Assembly (NCBI GenBank): GCA_964187785.1
Contig: OZ076409.1
Location: 61,196,001-61,260,000, forward strand
Direction of reading: 5' to 3'
DNA length: 64,000 nucleotides
From: Amphiscolops sp. MND2022
Taxonomy: Eukaryota
Part shown: positions 1 to 10,721 of the stretch, piece after piece
Layout: the number at the start of each line of letters is the position of its first letter
Position numbering within the stretch: the first letter of the stretch is position 1
Position numbers and translations under genes: made by a program
The notes under the pieces: generated by a model
Told to the model about the DNA's origin: nothing
What the model saw: only the letters and a program-made list of their open reading frames with translations
Database searches by the model: none

Positions 1-141
1 AATGTCCTACCAAGGCATGTGGCTTTTTCTATCTTTTGTAGTCTCAGACAGTCTAAGATAGAATGTGCATGTTCGACCGCTTTTATGTGAAGGTTCGACT
101 GTTTTGTTTGACCGGTCAATTGTGAGTGTAAATGTTCGACC

Positions 142-981
142 TTATGCGGATTGTGCTGGCAGACCGACCAAGTGCGGATTCTCACACATGTGTGTGTAGT
201 CCTGTGTGGAGCCTTGTGTGTAGTCCTGTGTGGAGCCTTGCGTGAAGCCCTGTAATTGATAGCGAGAGTATAATTCATTAATAAATTGATATCTGATTGA
301 TTTTTTATCTCCATAATTTAGATCATATTTCATATCATTTAGGAAGATATAAATTGGGCCCCAACTATTTATTGGTTTGTCAAATTGTGTATTACTTATA
401 AAATTTTGAAGATCTGGGTCATTTAGATTGTATGAATTCCCATTCTCGAAAGTCATTGTTAAACCTTTGATTAGTACTTGTTGTGGGTTATGAGGATTAA
501 TTGTGAATAAATTTGCGGAGCTGTGTGCGGAGCTACGCGGATAACCTTCTATGGCTTCTAAACTAAATTGACTTTTGTTTTTGTCATTAAGTAAATTAGA
601 AACTGTTTTTACAATACTAGAATCAACCTGGTTGGAATTAACAAGACTTGTAAGAAGCTGATTGTTATGATTTGTAATTTCATTATATTGTTTTATTCCT
701 TCTGTAATAGAATTTTGAAGAGTATTATTATTGTGTTCTATTGCTCTTGTCTGATTTTCAATTGCCTGTGTAACCCCTTGGGTTTGTTTGTCAATGGCTT
801 GTAGTTGTTTTTCATTTGATTCCACCTGCTTTGTAGTAACAGGTTCAAAAACTTCTTCCATATCGTAGTGGAAGTCTTGCTTCCCTAGTTTCTCTTTTAA
901 TCTTTCTTTGTGTAGTAAAGATTTTGTTTCTTGTAATTTTTTTAATTTTTCCAAGTCATCTCGGGTGTGAATTGAATACAT
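142..981 (-). CDS. Polinton uncharacterised protein with N-terminal coiled coil
   Basis: 279 aa ORF co-oriented with the Polinton genes and preceded by the TAATAAATG start motif; Q/E/K heptad-like N-terminal half; 24-bp repeat encoding TQGSTQDY near the C-terminus. Confidence 0.7.
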   Translation of the reverse strand: MYSIHTRDDLEKLKKLQETKSLLHKERLKEKLGKQDFHYDMEEVFEPVTTKQVESNEKQLQAIDKQTQGVTQAIENQTRAIEHNNNTLQNSITEGIKQYNEITNHNNQLLTSLVNSNQVDSSIVKTVSNLLNDKNKSQFSLEAIEGYPRSSAHSSANLFTINPHNPQQVLIKGLTMTFENGNSYNLNDPDLQNFISNTQFDKPINSWGPIYIFLNDMKYDLNYGDKKSIRYQFINELYSRYQLQGFTQGSTQDYTQGSTQDYTHMCENPHLVGLPAQSA

Positions 982-994
982 TTATTAGGTATAA

Positions 995-1471
995 TTAGTG
1001 GATTTTCCTCAGATACAGGCCTTTACTATTAGTTCTTGCGTTTCTGCCTTTACTCGACAAACCTTCGCGAAGCCCTTCGGCTTTGTATAGGTCCTTTCCT
1101 TGATGTACAAATTTAATGACCTCGGGTGCAGTTGCAGCAATTAATCGTGGATTTTTACTTGCTGCTGCAGTTCCAATATTTGCTGCTATTTCTAGTGCAC
1201 GGCCTGGGTTATTGAGTATTTTTTTTCCAACGTTTTTGCCCATTTTGCCCAAATGTTTAAAGAAGTCACCCAATCCTTCCCCATCTATTGTTCGCTCTGA
1301 TACAATTAGACTCTTATTTCTGTTACACACTATGCAGTTGCCGCGTAGTGTGTGTACGGGCCTACCAATCCGTATCACAGTGTTTGTTGTTTCTCCATAA
1401 ATATTTGTGGTGGGAGAATAATGTTTTCCACCAACACAATATGAATTATTTATAAATTTATTATAACTCAT
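995..1471 (-). CDS. Polinton core/membrane-lytic-like protein (adenovirus pVI/pX-like) with N-terminal Cys motif
   Basis: YCVGGKH...CIVCNRNK Zn-ribbon-like motif, then IDGE|G, which fits the adenain consensus (M/I/L)XGX|G, then an amphipathic basic helix GLGDFFKHLGKMGKNVGKKIL. Confidence 0.6.
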   Translation of the reverse strand: MSYNKFINNSYCVGGKHYSPTTNIYGETTNTVIRIGRPVHTLRGNCIVCNRNKSLIVSERTIDGEGLGDFFKHLGKMGKNVGKKILNNPGRALEIAANIGTAAASKNPRLIAATAPEVIKFVHQGKDLYKAEGLREGLSSKGRNARTNSKGLYLRKIH

Positions 1472-1489
1472 TTATTATTATTAAAAGTA

Positions 1490-2551
1490 TTAAATTTTGA
1501 TAATTTGAATTGTGATGGTGAGTGTCTCCCCGTTAAAATCAACTGAATCATGATTAGAGTCCTCAAGGAAAAATTGAATGGTGTCCAGTCGTGTTTTGTT
1601 TATCAGCTTGTACAAAACACTTGTGGGTTCTTTTATAATTTTAAATCCGGGAGGTGCGCTTAAATTGAAAGAAAATAAAATTTGTTCTCGTATACCATTA
1701 ACAATTGAACCATCTACGCAGTCGCACTTCAGATGAACTTTGTCCGTGGTTGTTATCATGACTGGTTTTTCTGAAGTGTGAGTTCCGGATGGGTAATCAC
1801 GTTGTGTAAAACCCAGGACTTTGTTAAGTTCAGATTTAAAATGAATAGGGTTTGAGGTTGTTAAAACTGATTTCATTGATATTGTGTCGGGTATTATGTT
1901 GAATTCAATACTTAAAACTGTAAGATCTTTTTTTAATTTTGACTTATCATCTAATTCATAACCTGAATCAGTAATTATTTGTTTTATGGTATTATTTATT
2001 TCAATCAGTTCGTATACACCTGGAACTAAATTTATATCAATAAACTCATTCTCAATTTCAAAGTTTGGAATAGTTATAGGAATGTTGCTCTTCATTTGCT
2101 TTAAATAGTCAAAATCTTTTTTCGGAAGTTTCTTCTTTTTTTTATAACTAGTAAGTAAATATATATAGCTTTTTCTATAAATTCATAATAAAGTTTATTA
2201 TTTTCTAAATCATAAGTTTCAAATAAACTTCTTTATATTTGGCACCACTCCCGTGTCAAACTCAAGTGCATCGAGTTGTCGATCATTTAGAATAATCTGT
2301 AGTTTGTTATTGTTGTTAGTGATATTATAAACTGTATTGTATACTTCTAAACTTGTTACTCCCATCATCCATTTTTCATTTAAAAAGAGAGGAACATCAA
2401 ATGAGAAAGATTCTTTTTGTTTATTCATTTTAAATTCTAAAGTTTCTTGTGGTTTAGAATGTGTATTTTCAACAATTTCTTGATTAGATTTTGCAATACT
2501 TAAAAGAAGAGATTCTTTTTTATCATAAGTTATAAAGCTTGATAGATCCAT
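1490..2551 (-). pseudogene. Polinton minor capsid (penton-like) protein, split into two ORFs (2219-2551 and 1490-2095)
   Basis: FDVPLFLNEKWMMGVTSLEVYNTVYNIT, PGVYELIEIN, LGF, HLKCDCVDGSIVNG...ILFSF...PPGFKIIKEP...DFNGE pattern typical of Polinton minor capsid proteins; frame break at ~2100-2220. Confidence 0.7.
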
Positions 2552-2554
2552 TTA

Positions 2555-2767
2555 TTATAGATTAAATTGTTTGAATCCACTAGCGGAAATCGTATTTATA
2601 AATTCTTGCCTATCTTTTGATAATGTTTTCCTATGCAAATTTGTTGTATTTTTTCCATGATTTTGATTGTGATTGTGAAGCTGTTCTGTGAAATTTTGTG
2701 CGTTAGCTGTCGCAAAGCTGCGCGAGATAGTTTTATATTGAGTTGAATAATTATTAATTTTCTTCAT
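2555..2767 (-). CDS. Small hypothetical Polinton protein (70 aa)
   Basis: Fills the gap between protease and penton genes; has the same TAATAAATG start context; its ATG overlaps the protease stop (ATGA). Confidence 0.45.
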   Translation of the reverse strand: MKKINNYSTQYKTISRSFATANAQNFTEQLHNHNQNHGKNTTNLHRKTLSKDRQEFINTISASGFKQFNL

Positions 2768-3171
2768 TTATTAAGTTTGAAAGTTTGGTAGTATAAATTT
2801 AGTACTGCATTTTTGAACCCAATTTTATTTGTGAGATACAGTGTGAATAAACAATACGCCGCGCAATAACTGTCGTTTGTCTGAATTTGATATTCTGAAT
2901 AAATACCATTTTTAATATGATTAAGTATATTAGTTGGGGGTGGGCATCCATATGAATCAAAATAATTTTGATTTGTAAACATAACCCAGTGTGTTCCTTT
3001 AGTTGGATGTAAGTTAACTTTACCACTGGTAGTGTTAAACTTATCATCTCTCATGTATATTCCACAAGATGTGTTCATGAGTTTTAAGATTTCTTTTATT
3101 TTTACATTGGAAGTTGCTTCGTTTTTTAATCCATATTTTTCAACAAAGTCTTTGAATGAGAGACAATTCAT
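2764..3171 (-). CDS. Adenain-like (adenoviral-type) cysteine protease
   Basis: Catalytic pattern GTHWV (His), YFDSYG (Asp), QIQ...YCAAYC (Gln/Cys). Confidence 0.88.
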   Translation of the reverse strand: MNCLSFKDFVEKYGLKNEATSNVKIKEILKLMNTSCGIYMRDDKFNTTSGKVNLHPTKGTHWVMFTNQNYFDSYGCPPPTNILNHIKNGIYSEYQIQTNDSYCAAYCLFTLYLTNKIGFKNAVLNLYYQTFKLNK

Positions 3172-3388
3172 TTATTAGTTATTTTTCATTGTTGTGTATT
3201 AATGTTGTGTGAAGCTGCGCGTGGCTAAAATTATTTCCCATGTGGTAAAAATACAAAACCCATAGGCATGCCATTGTTATTTGTATTGACATGCCTATGG
3301 TAAACTCAAAGCCCATCGGGAGTCCGTTCCACTAAGAGTTTCCACAGCAGGGATTATCCTTTTTAAGAACTGTGCCATTGGTGATTAT

Positions 3389-3496
3389 TCTCCCATAGCA
3401 TGTAAGTTGTGGGGGACGTTGGATAGAAGTGAACCCCAAACACTCCGGCCGAAGCCTTAACTTTAGTCAATGCTATAACCACTAAGCTATGGGAGA
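3389..3496 (-). ncRNA. Candidate Pol III small RNA (VA-RNA-like or tRNA-like) within the Polinton
   Basis: 11-bp terminal inverted repeat (TCTCCCATAGC 3389-3399 / GCTATGGGAGA 3486-3496) enclosing an A-box-like TAGCTTAGTGG and a weak B-box-like GGTTCACTTC on the minus strand. Confidence 0.35.
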
Positions 3497-3542
3497 CAAA
3501 TCAATGTTAGTTGTAGTTCTATAAGAATAACGTATGCGCCGG

Positions 3543-3627
3543 TACATTAACGCTGGTTGTACATTAACGCTGGCTGTACATTAACGCTGACTCTACATTA
3601 ACGCTGGTTGTACATTAACGTTGGTTA
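3543..3627. repeat. 17-bp tandem repeat (TACATTAACGCTGGTTG) x5, subterminal in the Polinton
   Basis: Directly visible, with a further degenerate copy at ~3647-3667. Confidence 0.9.
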
Positions 3628-3724
3628 TACAGCAAAATTTTATTATTACACATTGAACGCTGGTTGCAACGTTGACATTGCACCATAGAGGTTAGTGAAT
3701 TTTGCTTCATGGTAAAAACACTAT

Positions 3725-3892
3725 TTTTTGATGATTTGTTTTCTAAAAAGTCCTTAAAATCAATGGTTTTGAGGACTTTTAATTTTTGGGGTTTTGGTAG
3801 TCTAAATTGGAAAACCCTGGATTTTAATGATCTGTTTTCTAAAAAGTCCTTAAAATCAATGGTTTTGAGTACTTTTAATTTTTGGGGTTTTT
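3725..3892. repeat. ~70-bp direct repeat x2 (96-bp period) with internal hairpin, Polinton terminal region
   Basis: TTTTCTAAAAAGTCCTTAAAATCAATGGTTTTGAG(G/T)ACTTTTAATTTTTGGGGTTTT occurs twice; AAAAGTCCTTAAAA / TTTTGAGGACTTTT is self-complementary. Confidence 0.85.
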
Positions 3893-3922
3893 GCGGCCCG
3901 TATCGGGATTTCCAATACCACT

Positions 3923-4157
3923 GTCCAAATACAGAGAGCCATGAGCGATGCGATAAGTACTCAAGTACTTCCTCAAATCCAAAATGTTATTATGGCCAGA
4001 CCAGGACATGGGACCAGAAAAAGATGGGACGCTCTGACCGAGAGACCGGAGCTAAATTCCGAAGTTCAGCGAAAGCTTAACGCAAAGAGTAGCTTAAGAA
4101 ACGAACAATATGAGAATCAATTGAACGATGATTACCCTGAGCTAAATGCTCACGACA
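3923..4157 (+). repeat. Gypsy-A 5' LTR, retained 3' part
   Basis: Matches 18430-18663, ends ...CACGACA and abuts TGG. Confidence 0.9.
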
Positions 4158-5284
4158 TGGTGACAGGAGACAACGAATCTCCAAATCAAGTTCCTGAGTT
4201 TCTCACAGGACGAATCACATCCAGAAATCATCTCGACAGGTCCTTTGAGGACATCAACCTCGACACGACGATCCCAGCACAAGAAAGAATCGCTACGGCT
4301 GCTGACTCCGACCCCATCACCCGACTGGCAGACGTCTTGACTACAATGCAGAATAGACCGACAGCCCAACAACTCACCATACGCCCAGTCAACTCAAATA
4401 CCATGACATTCGATGGCAAAAGTGAAAAATTCGAGCTGTTCGAAGACCTATTTCACACTATGATCAAGATGCAGCCAGCAATGACTGAGCAAATGAAGAT
4501 CAATCACTTCCACTCTTTATTGAGAAAGAATGCCCTTCAGACATTCAGAAATATCAGCTCAAGCAACCGACAAACTCTAGAGGACGTATTAGTCATCTTT
4601 AGACGGAAATACGTCAAACCCGAGTCACAGGCGACTGCCAAACATAAATGGCACCGTCTGGTCTTCGATCCCAACACAATGAAGCTGCCTGATTTTCTCG
4701 AGGAATTAAACCAGGGAGCCGAGAAGGCGTTTGGTGATCATGCGCAGAAAATGGTTGACAGCTTGCTTTACGCAAAGCTGCCACCTAAGCTGAAGCGGTC
4801 TGTCAACATGGCCAGATTAGAAAATGGCTCATATGATGAAATTGTTGCTCATTTGGAGAGAGAGTTGGAACTCAACGCCCTTGAGGAATCAGATGACCTA
4901 CCAATGGCCACAATGACCTCCTCGACTACAAAATCTAAAACTCCTCTGTCCACCGGGCAAATGTCAGACATTACTTGCAATTATTGCAAGGAAAAGGGCC
5001 ATATGGTCAGAGACTGCGAAAAACCTAAAAAGAAAAAAGAAAAAGATGCCCAGCAAGGCAAACAAACACAGAAGAAAACGTATCCGGAGTGTAGCACTTG
5101 TGGTAAAAAGAACCACCCGGAAGAAAGATGCTGGCAAGGAGCTGGTGCGCATCTCAAACCCAAACGCACCAGACCAGATGACGCCAATGACGGCAAGCCC
5201 ACTTCAAAGGCCCAGAAACCGCAAAATAGACCAACATCTTCAAACCCACAATCCTCATCCTCTTATGATGAGTCAAAAAACTAA
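3941..5284 (+). CDS. gag: Gypsy-A Gag (true N-terminus lies further upstream in the LTR)
   Basis: Capsid-like FDGKSEKFELFEDLF region; zinc knuckles CNYCKEKGHMVRDC and CSTCGKKNHPEERC. Confidence 0.92.
   Translation: MSDAISTQVLPQIQNVIMARPGHGTRKRWDALTERPELNSEVQRKLNAKSSLRNEQYENQLNDDYPELNAHDMVTGDNESPNQVPEFLTGRITSRNHLDRSFEDINLDTTIPAQERIATAADSDPITRLADVLTTMQNRPTAQQLTIRPVNSNTMTFDGKSEKFELFEDLFHTMIKMQPAMTEQMKINHFHSLLRKNALQTFRNISSSNRQTLEDVLVIFRRKYVKPESQATAKHKWHRLVFDPNTMKLPDFLEELNQGAEKAFGDHAQKMVDSLLYAKLPPKLKRSVNMARLENGSYDEIVAHLERELELNALEESDDLPMATMTSSTTKSKTPLSTGQMSDITCNYCKEKGHMVRDCEKPKKKKEKDAQQGKQTQKKTYPECSTCGKKNHPEERCWQGAGAHLKPKRTRPDDANDGKPTSKAQKPQNRPTSSNPQSSSSYDESKN
4158..4169 (+). promoter_or_regulatory. 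Primer binding site TGGTGACAGGAG (possibly tRNA-Leu type)
   Basis: Begins with TGG immediately after the LTR end; identical 12-mer at the same position in Gypsy-B (53475-53486, -). Confidence 0.8.
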
Positions 5285-8200
5285 CTTCGCCACAACTCCA
5301 ATACAACGAACTGATATCCGTCCGCCAATACATCAGGTCGGATCCTCCAATAAAAACTTTTCATCAGTATACACAACAATTGATGGGCTATCCCTCTGTT
5401 GTCTGGCAGCAACAGATGGACAAAGCTATCATCATCACTTGTAACAACACCCATTTATTCCAAAAACCAATTCCTGTTTGGGACCCTGACTATACCACCG
5501 CCTTTACTACCCGGTTCAGGCCCATTCCCCTAGTCGATAACTACAATCCAACGTATATCGATCAAGACTACGGCAGAGATCCCTATTGGGACACCGAGAT
5601 CTATAACCAAGAACTATTACAATTTCAATACGTTCTAGATGATATTAAACACTACAATCGGACAGTCCACGAGAACCCTCCAATCACCCACAATAAGAAG
5701 ACCAGAGCATTAATTGAAAACTGGCAAATGAATGATGGCACAAACCATCCAGTGTTCCCAAACCCATTGGGGACCGAGACCCATGACAGCAATGTTGAAA
5801 CCATACCACAATCATTGCTAGACGAGAAACAGTTCCAAAATGTCTTAATCACTAGAGACGGTGAACCAGACTGTATACCCCTGTCAACCAACATCAACCT
5901 CAAATGCAAAAAACGCATGTTGTATTTCCCAATGGACTTTGGGGAATTGACCATTGACGGACTCATTGACACTGGAGCACTGTCCAGTGCAATTCCTGAA
6001 ATGGACCTCCGGAAAATTCGACTTTTATCTCCACAATCCGTTATCCGGGAAGGTCCGCCTCCGAATTTCCAAACAATGGTCGCTAATGGGCAATTGGAAA
6101 CTCCTGAGAGTACAATAGAGCTCAAATTTGAAGTTGGTGACATCGAGTTTCACGAGATTTTCATAGTGATGGAACATCTGACAGGTCCGATCATTGGACT
6201 AATGTTCCTTCAAAGAAACCATACAGTCCTGGACATGCGACAAGGGATACTGAATTTCCCGTTCTTTTCGATGCAGCTCAAAACCGCTGACCATAAGTAT
6301 TCAAATGTGTTAGAACCAATTCTCAACCCTATTGAGATAACTATTCCACCAAACGATAAAGTCCTAATTAGGACCAATTCCCTACTCTACCCTGAGAATG
6401 CTGTCACTGGACTTTTGCAACCGAGCGAACTTCTACATGAAGAAAGCGACATCACATTTTGCCCAGCTTTGGTCACTCTGAATGACGGCAATATATTGAT
6501 ACCAGTGAACAATTTCACAGACCACCCTTATAAACTCAAAAAGGGACTTCATATTGCCAATTTCTCTGTCATGACGCCAGAACAGATGAAGTATGTCAAA
6601 CCGGTAGATCCGACATCAACTTGGCACCTTTTGCAGAATGACCAGGAACAAGCAGCCCACTATGTCAGCAGTCTCATCAAGACCAATAGAAATCCACAAA
6701 ACTCCGAAAATTATTGGTTCCCGACTCCAGAAAATCCTGGAAATCCTGAGGAACACACATCTATACAAAAACGAATCCTTCGAGAATTACAGGCCTTACA
6801 GGACCTGGAGACACTTGACCCCACCAAAGACGAGGAATCGCGTGCAAAATTCTCAGAAAACTTTGACTGGAAAGATTCCACCCTTACTCCTGAAGAGAAG
6901 GAGAAAATTGAGGAATTGTTAGTGGATATCCATAACATCTTTGCACGCCACCGATTTGATATAGGCATGAACGAGGAATTCAAGGTGAAACTGACGCCTA
7001 AGGACGATTCCCCAGCCTATAGTCAAAGCCTTCCAGCCCCTATCAACTTGAAGGAAGACAACCGAGCTGAATTAGCCATGTTACACAAATATAGCATAAT
7101 AACTACGCTGCCATTTTCGAAATATGCGAGTCCAATATTTGCACAAAAGAAACCGAATGGGAAAATCCGACTCTTGGTTGACTTGAGAAAAATCAACAAC
7201 CTCATCTCGGATGATTATATCAACAATAATCACCCCGTCAGTACACTAGTTGATGCTGCCCAACACTTGGCAGGCAAAAAAACTGTTCTGTAAATTAGAC
7301 TGTTCGCAGGCATACCACTGCCTACCAATGACCGACCAACGTTCAATCGAAATGTTGGCTTTCAATTTTGCCAGTCGCACATTTGCCTACAGACGTCTGG
7401 CACAAGGCCTTAGTCGGTCACTATCCGCATTCTCGAGTTTCATGAGGGAATACCTCGACAAAGTCATTAAAGCGGATCAGTGTGCCCAGTATGTGGACGA
7501 TATCGGCATCGCAGCCAACGATGCTGACCACCTCATGACGAACCTGAGAGCTACGTTCAAATGCATTCAGGAAGCAGGCCTTAAGTTAACAATGCACAAA
7601 TGTCACTTCGGTGCAAAAGAAATTGATTTTCTCGGACGGACTATTACCCCACAAGGCGTCAAACCCCAGGAACAGAACGTGCAAAACTTCCTGGAAAAGA
7701 CCAAATTCTCGAAGTCGAAAAAGGCTTTACAGCGATATTTGGGATTCCTAAACTACTACAGGAATTATGTCCCAAGACTCTCCGAACGCCTCGCTCCATT
7801 CTACAAGATGCTCAAAAGTGACGAAAAGGTCCTAGTATCGAAAGAATTAGTCCAACAATTCGAAGAAATCAATAGAGCACTAGACAAATGCTGCGACTTG
7901 GCCCTACAGCAACCCATTCCGAACAAGCAAATAGCACTAATGACTGATGCAAGTTTTGGTGCAGCCGGGTACGCGGTCCTAATTGAAGACGACCCAAGCC
8001 AAAAATTTACATCACTCAGAAAATCGTATGCACCGGTCGCATATCGATCAAAAACTTTCACCCCAGCACAGATCAAGATGTCAATTTATGCCAAGGAATT
8101 CCTTGCAATTTATTTTGCATTCAATGGATTCGGACATATCTTCTGGGGTGCGCCGAAACCGGTCATCATCCTTACGGACAACAAAGCTGTCACGAGATTT

Positions 8201-10494
8201 TTCCATACGAAAATAATACCCCCAGCCCTGTGGAACGCGTGTGATTATGTCATTCAGTTCAATTTTGTCATAGCACACATCCTAGGAGCACAAAATACAG
8301 CTGCCGACTATTTGTCCCGATTGGAAGCAGATCCGAAGGACAAATTGGTGATGAAAATTCGTGAAGATGTACAAACACTACCAATCGAAATCAATGTCCA
8401 ATCCGCAGGGGTGTCACAAGAAGAACAAATCTTCTACACCAAGACGACGACGAGACAGAGAGAACAGTTTTGGGCAAGAAAAGAAGCAATCAGGAAGAAT
8501 CCAGCAACTGATGAGCCCACTGTTACCATAAAAACTCTGTCAACAAATCAGGTCAAGCAACACCCCGATATACAAGTCCGATTGAGGAAAACGATCCAGA
8601 TCATTATCGAGCAACCAAAAGATGCAGTACTACAACAATTGAAAGCAAAACTGCTTCATGAAGAGTATTCAGAAAATCTACTGCACCAGGATGCCCGATA
8701 TAGACATTACGCAAACAATCTGGAACGAATTGTACTAAAGGACAAAATCCTGGCAAGGCAATATTTTGATGAAACAGGGAATGTTAAATACCATCAAATT
8801 TTGCTCCCGCAACATTTACTCCAGGAATTGCTCCAATCTCTTCACGGGACGGCGCATAAACATCATGGGATTTCAAAACTGTTACAGGAAATTAGACAGA
8901 AGTAATACTACCCTAGCATGGCTAAACACGTCAAAAAGTGGGTAGAAGGGTGTGAACAATGTGCCAGAGACAAAAGAGTCGCACCTAACGCCTAACGCAA
9001 CGATCACACCTGAGCTGCTCAACTTGCCCGAATGGGACCTTGGACCTGAAGACGCCATGCAAATCGACCTATTGCCAAACCTTCCCCCAAGTGGAGGATA
9101 TGAAAATGTCCTAACGGCAATTGATGTATTCTCCAGATATTTGTTCGCCTATCCCCTTACGGACGCATCACCGATCAACGTAGCAAAAGCGCTCATTGAC
9201 ATCATGACTAAACACTCATATCTACCAACGACTCTTATCACTGATAAAGGTACTGCATTTACTTCTACAATTATTGCGGAGGTTACGCAGATTTTGGGCA
9301 TCACACTCAAATGTGCAACAACGAAACACCCGCAGACAATTGGGAAATTGGAGCGAACTCATGCCTCATTGAAAACAAATCTCAAAATGGCATGTGGGGA
9401 ATATCGCCGACAATGGCACAAATACTTGCCATTAGCAGTACTGAATCATAATACTAGTTATCACGCCAGCATCGGTTGTGAACCGACGAGAGTATTTCAC
9501 GGAAGAATTTCATTTAATATTTTGGATCACAAGCTTGGAAATAATCCAAACGAGCAGATTAACCCCACAACCGAATTTGCTGAAGAAATCCAAAACCGGA
9601 CAAAAATCCTGATTGACAAAACGAAGCAGAACATTATGCAGTCGTATATCAAGTATAAAGAATATTACGACCGCAAAGCAAAAGCCGCTCCACTAAAAGA
9701 GAACCAATACTGTTTTGTCTTACAGCCGAAAGCGGATAATCAAGGATCAAAAATTCCATTCCGCGATTACCGTTGGGTTGGACCATTTGTAGTCCAAAAA
9801 ATTCTGCCAAATGAAAACTATTTAGTACGACGGATCAATACAAACAAAACTCAAATTTTGCATCGAATTCGCCTTAAAAAGTTTGTCTCTAATCAACCGC
9901 TTGAGGACAATTTCCGAGAACAACGATTGCAGCCAGACGAAGAAATTGTCATTCCAAGATGATATATATATCATAACGTGGGAAACCGACTTTGGCGAGC
10001 AGCTAGTTACACGAGACAGCGAGACTATTCCGACTAGAGTGCCGAATGGCGAACAGCCGAATGCGGCAGAAACGAATACAAATGACGTAGCCGAGAATGA
10101 AGCGGATTACATAATCACGCGAGAAGTAACGAACAACGACAATGCGGCGCACAGCCGGAATGACCACTTAAATGATGACGTCACTGAAAGAAATGAATCT
10201 ACTGCAGCCACCGAAAATGAAGAATCTGATTGGCCGAATCCGGCCGTTTCCCCAAAAAACCAAGAAAAATCATTGCCGAATACGGCAGGTAGACCGGAAA
10301 ACGATGAAAATTTTTCAAAAAGAAACTTGACGAATGAAAACGATACACAAAATTCTCCAAACAGGGGGGAAAATATTATCGTGCCCGAAATATCCGAGAA
10401 TGATATCCGAGATGAAAGTCTGAGTCCTAGAGGAGGGAAATATAATCTCAGGCCTAATCCTAATCCGAACTACTCAGAAGACTTTAGATACTAA
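5281..10494 (+). pseudogene. pol: Gypsy-A Pol (protease, dUTPase-fold-like segment, RT, RNase H, integrase), disrupted
   Basis: LIDTGA, RLLVDLRKIN, YVDD, TDAS, ADYLSR, H..H..C..C, IDLL...TDKG...LER, GPF motifs; frameshifts near 7280, 8990 and 9956, and a stop at 8903-8905. Confidence 0.95.
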
Positions 10495-10721
10495 GAATTG
10501 AATTTTCCCGAAAATGGGAGTTCTTTTCTTTTATCTTTTTGTTTTTCATTTTTTAGCCCCTTTTAGTATCTTTTGAGTAAATAGCGGGACATCTAGAGGA
10601 TCCCTCGGAGAAGAGAATATATACGGGATCAACAAGAAACAAAATGGAGATAAATACAACAGCATTAAGAGAATGAACAAAGTTTACAGCTTCAAAACGT
10701 ACATAAATACATATGTACATA

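Larger units (their letters stand above)
1..3922 (-). mobile_element. Right end of a Polinton/Maverick (adintovirus-like) element; continues beyond the left edge of the window
   Basis: Tightly packed, co-oriented, intronless ORFs including an adenain-like protease and a minor capsid-like protein. These are followed by a repeat-rich noncoding segment ending ...AATACCACT at 3922 (reverse complement AGTGGTATT..., fitting the 5'-AG...CT-3' Polinton termini), after which Gypsy LTR sequence starts abruptly. Confidence 0.85.

Noticed and set aside
3543..3892. Short repeats as a CRISPR array
   Set aside because: Units are head-to-tail with no unique spacers, there are no cas genes, and the context is a eukaryotic Polinton terminus.
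3709..4080. 123 aa ORF
   Set aside because: Translates the 96-bp repeat and crosses the Polinton/LTR junction; chimeric and spurious.
5046..5444. 132 aa ORF as the transframe start of pol
   Set aside because: It is in the +1 frame; homology with Gypsy-B pol is in the -1 frame.
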